Origin: Psilocybe cubensis
Taxonomy: Eukaryota
Assembly: GCA_017499595.2 (NCBI GenBank)
Contig: CM039004.1
Location: 1,612,001 to 1,676,000, forward strand
Length of the DNA stretch: 64,000 bases
Direction: 5' to 3'
Made by a program: the position numbers and the translations under genes. The notes beneath the pieces are model-generated. The model was not told the DNA's origin and made no database searches. It saw nothing but the letters and a program-made list of their open reading frames with translations. Below are positions 1 through 11,990 of the stretch, piece after piece. Each line of letters opens with the position of its first letter. The first letter of the stretch is position 1.

Positions 1-53
1 ACCGCCATTACTTTGCTCGCGATCTCCTATCTAATCATAATTTTATGCGATAG

Positions 54-932
54 CTGCAAGCCTACTTCCTCGTCGCTGACGATATGATGGATGGATCCAT
101 CACCCGTCGCGGCCAGCCATGCTGGTACAAGATCCCTGAAGTCAACCTGATCGCCATCAACGACTCTTTCATGCTCGAGGGCGCGATCTACCACCTCCTC
201 AAGACCCACTTCCGATCGGAGAAGTACTACGCTGACCTGCTCGATGTCTTCCACGATACCACCTACCAGACCCAGATGGGCCAGCTCGTGGATCTCATCA
301 CCGCCCCTGAAGATCACGTCGACCTGAGCAAATTCTCCCTCGAGAGGTGAGGTGTTATTTATATCACACCAAAAAAAAAAACTAACCAATCCTAACCCGC
401 ACAAAAAAACAGACATCGCCTCATCGTCGTCTACAAAACCGCGTACTACTCGTTCTACCTCCCCGTTGCGTGCGCGCTGCTCGTGTGCCACATCCCCGAG
501 TCGTACACTGCGGGCAACGAGATTGTTAAGCCGTTCGAGGTTTCCTCGTCCATCCTCATCCCTCTCGGCGAGTACTTCCAGATCCAGGACGATTTCCTCG
601 ACTACTCCGGCACACCCGAGCAGATCGGAAAGATCGGCACGGACATCATCGACAACAAGTGCTCCTGGGTGGTGAACACCGCGATCCGCCTGGCGACGCC
701 CGCTCAGCGCAAGGTGCTCGACGAGAACTACGGCCGCAAGGACGCGCAGAAGGAGCAAGTCGTCAAGGCTCTCTATGAGGAGATCGGCATCCGCAAAGTT
801 TACGCGGAGTACGAGGAGAAGGTCGTCGGCGAGCTGAACGCCAAGATTGACCAGATTGTGGAGGTTCCTGGAGGATTGAAGAAGGCCGTCTTCCAGAGCT
901 TCTTGGGCAAGATTTACAAGAGGAGCAAGTAG
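54..932 (+). CDS. ERG20: Farnesyl diphosphate synthase, 3' part (gene begins before the window); exons 54-346 and 413-932
   Basis: Spliced translation gives [13 protein letters not shown] (FARM with aromatic Y/F upstream, FPP-length type), [34 protein letters not shown] (SARM), [14 protein letters not shown] and the C-terminus KIYKRSK. Intron 347-412 is GT-AG. Confidence 0.97.
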
Positions 933-1275
933 AGGAATGTTAAATTTAATGGATTGTACTACATCGTGTAATTAGAACTGTCGGTCGCTTTCGAATGGGA
1001 TAAAAAATCTTTTCGATTTTCTTGTTTTGTTATGACGGTTTTAGTAGCGGGTCGGACGCGGCACGTTTTTTGCGTTCGTTAATGGCCGGGAGCGTGCGCA
1101 CAATCAACTCCTTTCACTGCTTCAACCATCATGCGAGCTTTCTTCGAAATGAAATTCGCACCTACTACAATATGTTCGTTCCCGATACGCCAGCGCTTCC
1201 CGAGTTCCCGCTCTAATGAGGGGCAGTTCCGTCCCGGTGGCCCCCTAACGGAAAATTATCGCAACAACTCACGCT

Positions 1276-1391
1276 GTGGAGAACATCCGGGGTGCAATCT
1301 CTATCTATAAGGCAAATCCGGAGAAACAGAAAGAGATAAACATAAGAAGAGCGTCTCCCCAAGGCGCCCCAACGAAACCCCCGTACCCCGC
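1276..1391. promoter_or_regulatory. Cluster of four SYGGRG (CreA/Cre1/Mig1-type) motifs upstream of XKS1
   Basis: GTGGAG 1276-1281, CCGGGG 1287-1292, CCGGAG 1318-1323 and GCGGGG on the minus strand 1386-1391. Function is inferred. Confidence 0.35.
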
Positions 1392-1396
1392 CTATA

Positions 1397-3308
1397 ATGT
1401 CGTCTGCTGCACCGTCCAAACCCCTCTTTCTTGGCCTTGACCTGTCAACGCAACAGCTGAAGGCCGTCTTGCTTGACGAGGAGTCGAATGTTGTACACGA
1501 AGCTGCGGTGCACTTCGATCGCGATTTACCTCACCATGGAACGACGAATGGCGCGATACTGGGGCCTGACGATGGGGAAGTGACATCGCCTGTGAAGATG
1601 TGGCTCGAAGCAATCGATCTTCTGTGTGAAAGGCTCAGTGAGGGAAAGATTGACTTTGGAGCTATTGCTGCTGTTTCTGGAGCTGGCCAGGTTGGTTTTT
1701 TCCCTCCTAAAATTATGTGTCGGGGTATCTAATCATTTTGGCTTTTACCAGCAACATGGATCTGTTTTTTGGTCATCTGATTCAGATAGTCTGCTGGCTA
1801 GCTTGGATTCAAGTAAATCATTGACCGAGCAACTTTTCCCTGCTGCGTTTGCGTCACCTAAAGCCCCTATTTGGCAAGATTCATCGACCACCGTAGACTG
1901 CAAACGGTTAGAAGATGAATTTGGAGGGGCTCAAGCTGTAGCGGACGTTTCAGGGAGCCGTGCATATGAAAGGTTTACCGGTAACCAGATCTCGAGAGTA
2001 CGTTCTGCTTCGCGGATACAAGTTTCGAACGATAGGCTGACTCTGTGGAATGGAAGATTCGGCGATTGAAGCCAGACGTATACGAAGCCTCAACACATAT
2101 CTCGTTGGTGTCTTCTTTCATAACTTCTGTCTTTCTGGGTCGTATCGCTCCGATCGATATATCCGACGCGAGTGGTATGAACCTGATGGACGTCTTGAGT
2201 TGCAAATGGGACCAAAGGCTGCTCGAGATCTGCGGCGGGCCTACGTTGCGCGCTAAACTAGGGGAAGAACCTGTCATTGGCGGCACTTCGCTGGGTCCCG
2301 TTAGTAGTTGGTGGGTAAAGAAATGGGGCTTCAACCCAGGTATGAATTGCTCTAACCGTATACATAAATTACCATTCTTGTCCTAACCTTCGTTTCTTCT
2401 TCTAGAGTGCATTGTTGCACCATTCACCGGTGATAATCCTGCTACTGTCATGTCGCTTTCAGCACCTGGAGACGCTTTGCTTTCACTCGGTACATCGACG
2501 ACGTTTTTGCTCTCTATTCCTCATACGTCGGCTCCTCCGAAACGCTTCACGACTTCTCATCTTCTCGCCCACCCCACCGATTTCGACGGTAAAATAGCGA
2601 TGCTGTGCTACAAAAACGGTGCTCTGGCCCGTGAACAAATCAGGGATAGATTCGCAAACGGTGACTGGGACAAGTTTAACCAACTTATCCAACAGACACC
2701 ACCTGGATGCAATGGAAATTTAGGCTTCTACTTCCCTCTACCCGAAATCATCCCCCCGAATGTCACTGGCGAATTCTTCTTCACTACGGATTTGGTCAAG
2801 ACGACTGTGAAGCCGCCGTTGCCCACTGAAAATGTGCCGCCTACAATCCACCCAAGAGCTATTGTTGAGTCGCAGTTTTTGTCGATCAGGTCGAGGATAG
2901 CGGCTATGCTCCCCAAGGACTCGCCACACTTGAAGAGGCTTGTTATCAGTGGTGGTTCCTCGCAGAATCTTGTTATCAGACAGCTGCTAGCTGTAAGTTG
3001 TGGTCGCTTCACGATGCTTTTATTGCTTGTCACTTATACAACAATTCCAGGATATCTTTGATATGGACGTGTATGTCTCTGCCACAAAAGAGGCGGCTGC
3101 TTCTGGTGGTGCGCTCCTCGCCAAGTATGCCTGGTGGAAGCGCTCCCACCCTGAGGGAACCTTTGAGGATATGACGGCCGGTGAAGCCATGGGGTTGCAA
3201 TGTGTCGCGAATCCAAACAAAGAAATATCTGCCGTATACAATGACCTTGTCAGTGTATACGATGCCTGCGAAGCCCAGGTCGTTGATTCATGGGCGGCTA
3301 AAAATTAA
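1397..3308 (+). CDS. XKS1: Xylulokinase (FGGY family), multi-exon
   Basis: FLGLDLSTQQLK, SGAGQ|QHGSVFW, PIWQDSST, GSRAYERFTGNQI, DASGMNL, PFTGDNP, SLGTSTT and MLCYKNGALARE across GT-AG introns. Confidence 0.95.
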
Positions 3309-3623
3309 AGATGTTTATTTTTTATGATATGCTAATTACTTCTGATTTTTGAACTAGTGTAAAATGAACGAATGCGGAATTTTATATACGAAATGATGCT
3401 CAGTGGTCACTAGCGAGCTTACAAGCAGTTGGAAAACTGGAACAAAGCTTTCTCTGAGCTTTCTAAAACATAGAAACTTGTTGATGAACAAGTTTCTATT
3501 TATATATCCCATTCCATTTACACCATCATGTGATCGCATCTACAATTACCAGATTGACAAAGTTGACGCTCTTGATTGCTGAATTTGAACCAAATTTGAA
3601 CTCTACCATATCATAGTATTGGT

Positions 3624-6430
3624 ATGGCACACAGACATAACCCAAATCCATCAACCTCGCGACAAGGACCTGAAGTTATTAACGTGGATGAAGTATACAT
3701 GAAGTATGAATATGATTCTGAAGAGGACGGGATCCAAACCATAGACGCGAACACCTTCCGGCAGAGCGTCCGTAGGAGTGAAGGTAGAGAGAAGGAGAAA
3801 GATAAGATGAGGCGGCTCAGCAGTTGGCCAGCGTCCTCGTCGGGCTCTTTTATTCCCCACGTTTCCAAATCCCGACAAGATGATGCTGTAAGACCTAGTT
3901 CCGCGGTTATTAGGCAACCCCCCGCAGTGAAACGACAAATTGAAGTGATAGAACTCTCAAGTGACGATGAGGCTGTTTTTGAACTGTTAACTCCTAGGAA
4001 GAAGGTAAGACTTTCTCTAAATCTACCAACATACAGAATTTTCAAGTGCTCACTTATTGTAATCTATCCACTTCTGAAGATCAAGGCCGATTCAGCAACA
4101 CCACAACCGCCTTTCCAGACTGAAATTACCTCTGACTACGATGAGGATATGGCAGATGCATTTCAATCTGACAATAAGCCATTCCAAGAACATATCAAAA
4201 CACCTGAGCCTGAGCAACCATCATTCGACGATGAAGACGACGGGACTGGATGGGACTGGGATCCTATAGGTGATATTCAGGACTCAGATATAGTGCGGCG
4301 TTTCTTTTGGTTATGGTGTCCCACCGCTTATTATGATTAGTTTAGTGGGAATCTTCAACCCAAGTTGCTATAGCAGAAGATGATGTTAAATTGGATATAT
4401 CACAGCTCCCAGTCACAGAGCAATCGCCCTCGGAATCACCTCTTGTTCCATACTTTCGACGACCAGACACCTCAATGTATGGCAGATACCCCATAAGACG
4501 ACCCGTTGAGGAAATTGTATTTATTTGGGATAAGGTGTGTCGTTCCTCTCAACTGTCTATTGTCACCGTGCCTCATTGAATTGATCACCAGCTTCGTGCA
4601 TGCGATAATCTGTATTATAAAAGGCGCTGCAGGCACCCATTCTCTCGCCCATTCTATACGCGACCATGGAATGTAGACTTCCATGTATATTCCCTAGAAT
4701 GCGAGCATTCTTTCAAAAGGGCTCCAGGATGTGAGTTCAACACTTTGTTTTAGCTATCCTCCCATTTAAAACAAACTCCTGTTAAATGTTCAGGTATAAG
4801 TAAAATCGAGCAAAGTGGCAAATGGACGGCCATAGGAACTGCCAGCATTGGTGGGCTACCAGACAACGTCCGTGAGTGATTTAATGGTTTTCAAGGGACC
4901 TTTTGTTCAATATTTGTTCATCTGGTGTAATAGCCATTGATCCTGCATCGGCTGCGCAGAACCAACCAGGGTCATTGATGACATGGCAAAATGGTAGAGG
5001 GCTGGAAATCCCCTCTGGTCATTTTAAAAGGACGGCTGATCCTACGACAGGCGGATGGAAATACAAATACTACGCTGTACATGATGTCAAATTCGACCCT
5101 CATAGGTATTTCTTCTAATATCAATTGTCATTCAAGTTGATAACAAGCTTCGTGCTTTTCATAGTGTTGCATTTGCGTCTACTGGTGCCGATCGTAAACT
5201 CCGGATCTGGACACTCGAAGACGAGGATGGATCTGATGAACGAATTCCTGCTTCTGATAACTCTCCATTTGAAGCCGAAGGCAGAAGCCGCTGGAAAAAT
5301 AGCGACACAGAGTCTTTTGGCCGCACACCTTACGATATAGTCTTCAATCCTGAGTCGTCGATGCTAGCTGTTGCTGAAAAGTAGGACTTTTGTATGGCTA
5401 TATATATGTATAGATATTGACCGTTCTATAGGAAAGTTAATGTCTACAAGATCACCGAAGCTGGGAAAAGCTCCTGTTATTTCCATCTGCACCCCACGAA
5501 AAGCCCACATGTTATAGGATCCATGGCATGGGGTGCAGGTCCAACAACTGACATATTGTTTGCATCTTCAGAGCCGGATCCCTTTCACACAGTAAACACC
5601 CCCCATTTTGATGGAATTCATGCTATGTATAGTACAGAAAAGGAAAGGATTTTGGTTGAGTTTGATGCTAAGGAAGCAGGGGATACATTGGCAATTAATT
5701 CATCAGGTTTTATAAATTTTTGTCATTGAATGTCAAAGTGCCAAGCTGAATTTTTTTCTGTAGGAGATATGTTGGCTGTATCTACACGGGGCGGGCAGAA
5801 CGATCATATTCTCCGTCTGTATGATGTCTCACGGCAGAGGTCAAACGCAACAGCTACCGTGAAGCTTTCATCCTTTCCCCAACGATATGAACAATTTGAG
5901 GGCGAGGTGTCTTGTGCCTCATTCAGTCCGGATGGTTTATACTTGGCCATGGGTCGGAATGACAATCATGTGCATCTCTATGATGTGCGCATGCTGGATC
6001 GGGGCCCCATATTTGACTATGAACATTTTGGAGAGTCATTGGCATCACCTGGAAATGGATATGGGATATTGAAGATTCATTGGATACACTCAGAACAAAC
6101 ACGCAGGATGGCACTCCTTAGTGGAGGCGAGGATGGTATGTCAAGTATTGACCCACATTGACGTACGCTGATTGATATTCCTGTTTCGCTGTTAGGTTGT
6201 GTTAGGATCTGGGATCCTGCACTGGCCAGTGGTGACAAAAAGAAAAATGAGACAGCCATTGCCAAAATGAATGCTGATGTTATGACTTTTTCGTATGGGG
6301 ACCGATATGCAGGTGAACATGTTCTGGTAGTGTAAGTCATTGTATTTCTTTGCTGCTACTTCATGACTGAAGGTTAATATCCAGTGGTGATGCAGACGGA
6401 GAGGTCAAGATATTTAATGATGTGATATAA
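3624..6430 (+). CDS. WD40-repeat protein with disordered acidic N-terminus; Raf1/Dos1 / DIM-9 (DCAF)-like
   Basis: WD repeats VHDVKFDP..FASTGADRKLRIW, LRLYDVSR, SCASFSPDG..HVHLYDVR, LSGGEDG|CVRIWDP and last exon GDADGEVKIFNDVI*. The WD40 call is firm; the Raf1-family call rests on recalled motifs. Confidence 0.8.
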
Positions 6431-6735
6431 ACAATGTAGATATCTTTTAATGTCCTACACAGTATCTTGTATTGTTACATATGGTATATAGCTACTTTAC
6501 ATCTTGAATATGGGAGATGATGAGTTGATTAGATAAATAAGTAAGATGTGACGGGGCCGAGGTATTATTAAATGTTCTAATCTGCGGCAGAGGCAGAATT
6601 AGAAGCGGCTCGGCCCATGCAAGGATCACTTACAGTTCTGCCCATCAAGGATATATGGTGTTGGGTATACAGATTAAGTGTGTCTTCCCAAAAGTAACGG
6701 TGAGTGAGATTGATCCACCAAGAAGTCAGGGTGAG

Positions 6736-7044
6736 TTAGCATTTTCTTGGAAAGCCTTTGGGGTAGTGCTTCCAGTATGGGTTGCCGCCTGCCGCTGGCT
6801 GTTAAGGGAGATGAGTGGAGAGTCTCCAATGACGCTGTTGTGGCAATACCTGGTTGGAAAAGCTACTAAAATCTGCAGGTATAATGTGAGCATAACTTTG
6901 TGGGCCAACTATAGAGCTACGGCACGCACGAGGAATGAGGCATTCGAAAGCAGCTACCCCCATTGCGTCTCCAAGCTTGAAAGCGACACGATCTCCAGGC
7001 ATATACTGGACGTTGCGCCTCCACTCGCTCGATAAGGCATCCAT
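6736..7044 (-). CDS. 66-aa stand-alone CBM5/12 (ChtBD3)-like protein; exons 7044-6930, 6872-6850, 6798-6736
   Basis: Two GT-AG introns (57 and 51 nt) splice in frame to MDALSSEWRRNVQYMPGDRVAFKLGDAMGVAAFECLIPHFSSFSNQPAAGGNPYWKHYPKGFPRKC*, which fits W-x5-Y-x2-GD-x-V...C-x3-H-x-S-x5-P...W. TATATAA at 7172-7178 (minus). Confidence 0.8.
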
Positions 7045-7376
7045 GACGCGCTGGGGTGCGGGGTATTGGGATTCAATGTCAGCGAAAGAAGAGGTGCTTT
7101 CGAGTCTGGAAACGGTCAGATAACCAGGTCAAGAAAAACTGAGATCAACGGTGGGAATACGCCTGACTTGGTTATATACTGCAATGACGACACGCGCTTG
7201 CACAATCGATCTATGACGCTCCACATTCCCTAACAGTCGCCTCTTTGGGTTTAGCTTCAAATGACGTCATAGCTTCGATCATTACAATCGGAAAAACAAT
7301 TCTTCCACCACACTCCGTAGAGATATTTGTTAAAATCCTTCTTTACGTTACTTCGTTGTAAGTATTAACACATTTA

Positions 7377-9343
7377 TTATTTTCTAGCCAGCTTTCCTAC
7401 CACAGAATCGACATAGTTTCCAACAATTCGCCCGATGGTTCCAGCGGTTTGAATACCGGAGGAAAGACTTGCTACCGCATCTCCCGCAAGTGCCCAACCT
7501 GTTGACGACATGGAAGAATTCCTTGCAGATTGTCTTGCACCTGCAGTCATCATCATAGCGGCCTTGATTGAATCCAGTTCGTTTAAAACCTCAACTCCAA
7601 CAGACCGCACCCACACGACCCGTTCATCTTCCATTGAATACAATTTGTGAAGCTTGTCACAAGCGGACATCACGGTATGATTAGCCAAATATCTCTCTTG
7701 TGTGTAAGGCAGGAGTGCCGTATATGAGCCTACAATAAAAGTCAGAAAGATATTCAAAGCTACTGTTATAAGACTATACCTATATCACCACCAGAAAGTA
7801 TGCTGTTCTGTATACACCTTGCAAGACATTCAGCATCAGCCAATCCCAAATTCAAACCTTGTCCTGCAAGTGGGTGAATAGTGTGTGCTGCGTCACCAAC
7901 GAGAACAGTTCTCCCCTTAGAACCGTCACCAATATATGATTCTGCGTGATTGAATCTCAGAGGGAAGGATGCCATAGTCCCCGATTGTAGCTGTAATACA
8001 AGCGGCGGAAGCATTTCAGAATCCGCAGGAGGTATACCCTGATTAGTTATGCCAGCGGTTCTACAGGAATATGCCGAGTTCTGGTCGATTCCATGAGCGT
8101 GTTCTCGCCATTGGATTTCTTCTCGAATTTCATCTGGAGAAAGCGGAGTACCGGCTGCATGGGCGTCCACAATCCTGTTCTGGAGATATTTCAGAGATGC
8201 ATAAGGCAAACGAAAAGCGGCATTGATCATGCAAGAGAGGACACCAGGGTCAGATGCAAGCAGAGCTTTGGCGATCGGTGGTTTCGTTGACCAGACTAGC
8301 GAAGATACAGATGGAGACAGTGGAAGGAATGCAATGGGTCCTGTAGGTAAAAAGCGTTGATATCCAGTTGTGTTTGGACCTTCATAAGCACCGCGGGGGA
8401 AATGGTTCAAGGTGGCAACTATTGCTTGTGTATCGTAAGCCCACCCGAAGGATGGAATCTGGGCAAATTGCCGAACGGGTGAGTTGAACCCATCTGCACC
8501 AACCTTTATTACCGCTCAGCTCTACGTCCCAATAAAATTTCGGGAGGCTTACCAAAAGTCTTGCCCTTAATGTTGTTTCGTTATCTAGGTGAACTAATGG
8601 CCATCCTCCTCGATCTGAGCTGTCATTTTCAATGGATGTGACTTTAGTTTTTTGAAGAACCTGAATTTCAGGTATATTGTCCAAATGCCGAAGAAGGCCC
8701 CGTTGGAGGTTCAAATTTTCAGTCAACCGAGCCATACTAGACGTAGAAGGCAAATCATTTGACGAAAATTCAATCCGTGCATCAGAAATCCCGTCCCAAA
8801 CCTGTGGTGTTCAGTTCAATTCATGACTGGCCGTATCAGCAGATATGATTCTCACTTGTAGCTGTTCAACTTGGCAAGTCCGGGTTTCGTCGACATAGCT
8901 CCATGCACCAATATCTGAGGTAGAGAGTAAATGGCACGATATATACCGTGTTATGTGGATATATTTACCTTGTAAAAATGACCGGGATGTATTTGTTAAT
9001 GAACTGACACGGTTGGAGAAGGACTCGGGAGGTGGGTTCCAAGATTTGATTTGGGTAAGGTCTCCACCTTCTACAAGTGTAACGCTAACATTTTTACGCA
9101 AGGATGATGAAGAGCCTAGTACACAAGTCAGTTTCTGAAAAATCAGACGAAGAAAAACGTACCCAACGCGCTCGCCAGAGCAAGTCCTGCCGGCCCACCT
9201 CCAACAATAACGATATCACTATTCACGACATTCGTAGAAGCACGCGTCGAATTTCTTCTGACTAGCTGCAGACCGGCAACTTTCCTGTACACAGCTAGAC
9301 GCGCCCAAGTGACCTTGGTGGGTGTCGAGGCGAAGGACGACAT
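7377..9343 (-). CDS. COQ6: Ubiquinone biosynthesis monooxygenase COQ6, mitochondrial
   Basis: Arg-rich presequence, DIVIVGGGPAG, FSNRVSSLT, ENLNLQRGLL, GADGFNSPVR, YQRFLPTGPIAFLPL and VGDAAHTIHPLAGQGLNLGLAD. Confidence 0.95.
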
Positions 9344-9439
9344 TGGACCTATACTGACGGCACGTGGGACCAACACAATGGACTCCTCCGGCGCGCGCTG
9401 CCGCCCATCATCACACCGTTGCCCTTGTTTTCCTCCTGC

Positions 9440-11846
9440 ATGGCAGCCCCTGCAGGTCCTGTATCTGCTGCTCAGGCTATTGGCGAATACCTACAGTCTC
9501 CGGATGACCTTGTGAAAGTCTCTGCTTTCCGAAAGAAACTAGAGAAAGAGAAAGCCTCTATCGATACTAGGCTTAAAAATGGCGTCAAGGAACAATTACA
9601 GGCAACACGGCTTGGCTTGAAGAAATTCTTGAGCACTCGAGATAATGTCCAGGCTATTAAGGATGAAATGATGACTATAGAGAAGGAATGTGAAGATCCC
9701 TCTGTCCGTGTAGCTACATTCGATCAGATTAGCAGAGTGAGTTGTTGTCCGCTTTCCCGTCAAGGTTCATTATAATGACTTCCTATAGGTATCCATGGTT
9801 CACCGCAATTTTGAATCGACTGAAGAAATGGTCAACAATCTGCTTGATATGGCTGCTCAATTGGACGATCTGGAACAAATGCTTGCTGCTGACAGCAGAG
9901 AAATCATCGGGCCGTCCCCTAATCTCTTAATTATACACTTTCAACTCAACCAACTTGAACGCTTTCGGAACCAAACTATGCATCAAGCCAAGAAGGCGTC
10001 TGCAAAGTCACAGGAAACTTTAACTAGATGGTTCGAACGCTTGAATAAGATGATCGCAGCTTTCGATGAACACATACTTCAATTGGCTCAGAATGTGCTA
10101 CCGCTGGTTCGAGCAGGCCATTCCGATGTTGTTGTAAAATTGATCAAGATAGCAGAAGTAGAAGGCAAAGAAGATGAAAAGGTAGGATACTATTTCACGA
10201 GATTGTTTTCATGGCTCATAGCCATGTCTTCAGACAGTTGTTATGCGTTTTGTCAAGAAAGCAGCCAAAATCGATGCTGCGCTCAAATTTAAATCGTTAC
10301 AAGCGGATGCGCGAGTGCTCAAGCATTATCGCTCCAAAATAATGAAGGCTATTACCCAGTCGATTCATGACAAGATTGAAGATGCATATAAGAGCTCGGA
10401 AGACAACCCCGTCGCTTTTCTTGGTAGTCTGACGTGGTTATATCAAGACATTCTTCGAGTCGAGAGTGATGTGGTCCCTTGCTTCCCAAAGGACTACGAT
10501 ATCTACTCTCTTTACCTCCGGGAATACCACAAAGCCCTCAATGGAGTTGTCAAAAAGATCGCGACCGCAAAATCGGACGCAAGCGTCCTTTTGACCCTTT
10601 ACGACTGGCTAAAGGAGTATAAAGCTAATATGAAGGAGCTCAACGTTAACCCGGAATTGCTTGAGCCCCCGCTGTTGGATGGAAAGGAACAAACTCTTAT
10701 TGAGGATTATGTGCAACTCATCATACGAAAACTTGACGAATGGTCGAAGAATCTCATGAAAACTGAAGTTGCCGAATTCACTAAACGCAGCGAGCCTCCT
10801 GAACTGGACAGCGACGGGCTCTATGGGACTCAGGGTGGCATCATCCTCTTCCAAATGGTCAATCAACAAATTGATCTTGCTACTGAGAGTGGCCAAGGTG
10901 CGATTCTTGCCCGAGTCGTCGGAGAAACCAACAGGGTTATGCGCGGCATTCAAGATCAGTGGTCCAAAGTTGTCGAAACCGAATTCAAGAAGCAAATTGA
11001 GAAGCCCGAAGAGGTTGCCGGAGGTCTTGTGGAGTACTGTATCGCATTGGCCAACGACCAGATCAAATCCGCAGATTTCTCTGAATCATTGCTTGCTCGT
11101 ATCGAACCACTGGTTTCTGAAAAATATAGGGTCCCAATTAATGAACGACTCAATGATGCCATTGACGGCTACCTGGACGTGGCGAAGAAATGCATGCAAA
11201 CCCTCATCGATATAATATTTAACGATCTTAAACCTGCCACCAAGAACCTCTTCCAACTTCCCTGGTACGATGGGGTTATGAAACAGATTGTTGAGACCAT
11301 GAGAGATTATATGACAGACTATCAAAGCTATCTCAATTCTTCCTTACTCGAATTGCTCGTAGAGGACCTCATCGACACATTCCTTTTGACGTACCTCAAT
11401 GCCCTTGCTAACGCGCCGAAACTGAAGATGCCTATGGCAGCAGAAAGGTTTAAAGAGGATATTACAGAAGTTTTCCAGTTCTTCATCACGTTGGCTCCCA
11501 CTAAGGAAGTAGAGGCACGATTTGAAGTCCTAGAATTAATCCTTGCCATGCTGGAGGCTTCGAAGGATATTGCCTTCCTCTCATTCTGGGCTTTTGCCAA
11601 AGTTCATGGTCCAAACATCGCATTCGTTGAAGGTCTAATGAAATCACGAGGTGATTTTGACCGCTCTGCTGTTAGTGAAATCATGGATAGCATCAAACGA
11701 AAAGTAAAAGATGAAGGTCTAACAGATCGTACGTGTTATTGTATTTTTATTCGAGGCATCTCTGATTTGCGTTGACAGCTCCTGAACCTACCATCATGAA
11801 AAAGGTTAATGTTCAGAACGCGTTTTCTCGATTCCTACGGACATAA
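9440..11846 (+). CDS. SEC6: Exocyst complex component Sec6
   Basis: YLQSPDDLVKV..KEKASIDTRL, NLLIIHFQL, VVPCFPKDYDIY, LFQMVNQQID, YCIALANDQ; last exon PEPTIMKKV..FLRT*. Confidence 0.93.
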
Positions 11847-11990
11847 TCAATCATCAGTGCAAATACCCCTTCCATATGTTACCCTATCCCTCCGTTTATC
11901 ATTTGTATTTCTACATCAAGAAAACTGTATGGATATTCTGCCAGTGTTTATTTAACTTATTTGCCGTTAATTTCCTATTAATTTGTACAT

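Noticed and set aside
27-758. Long antisense ORFs over ERG20 (also over ACC1, the CBM19-like gene and RPS4)
   Set aside because: Explained by codon bias of the sense gene suppressing antisense stops; no independent motifs.
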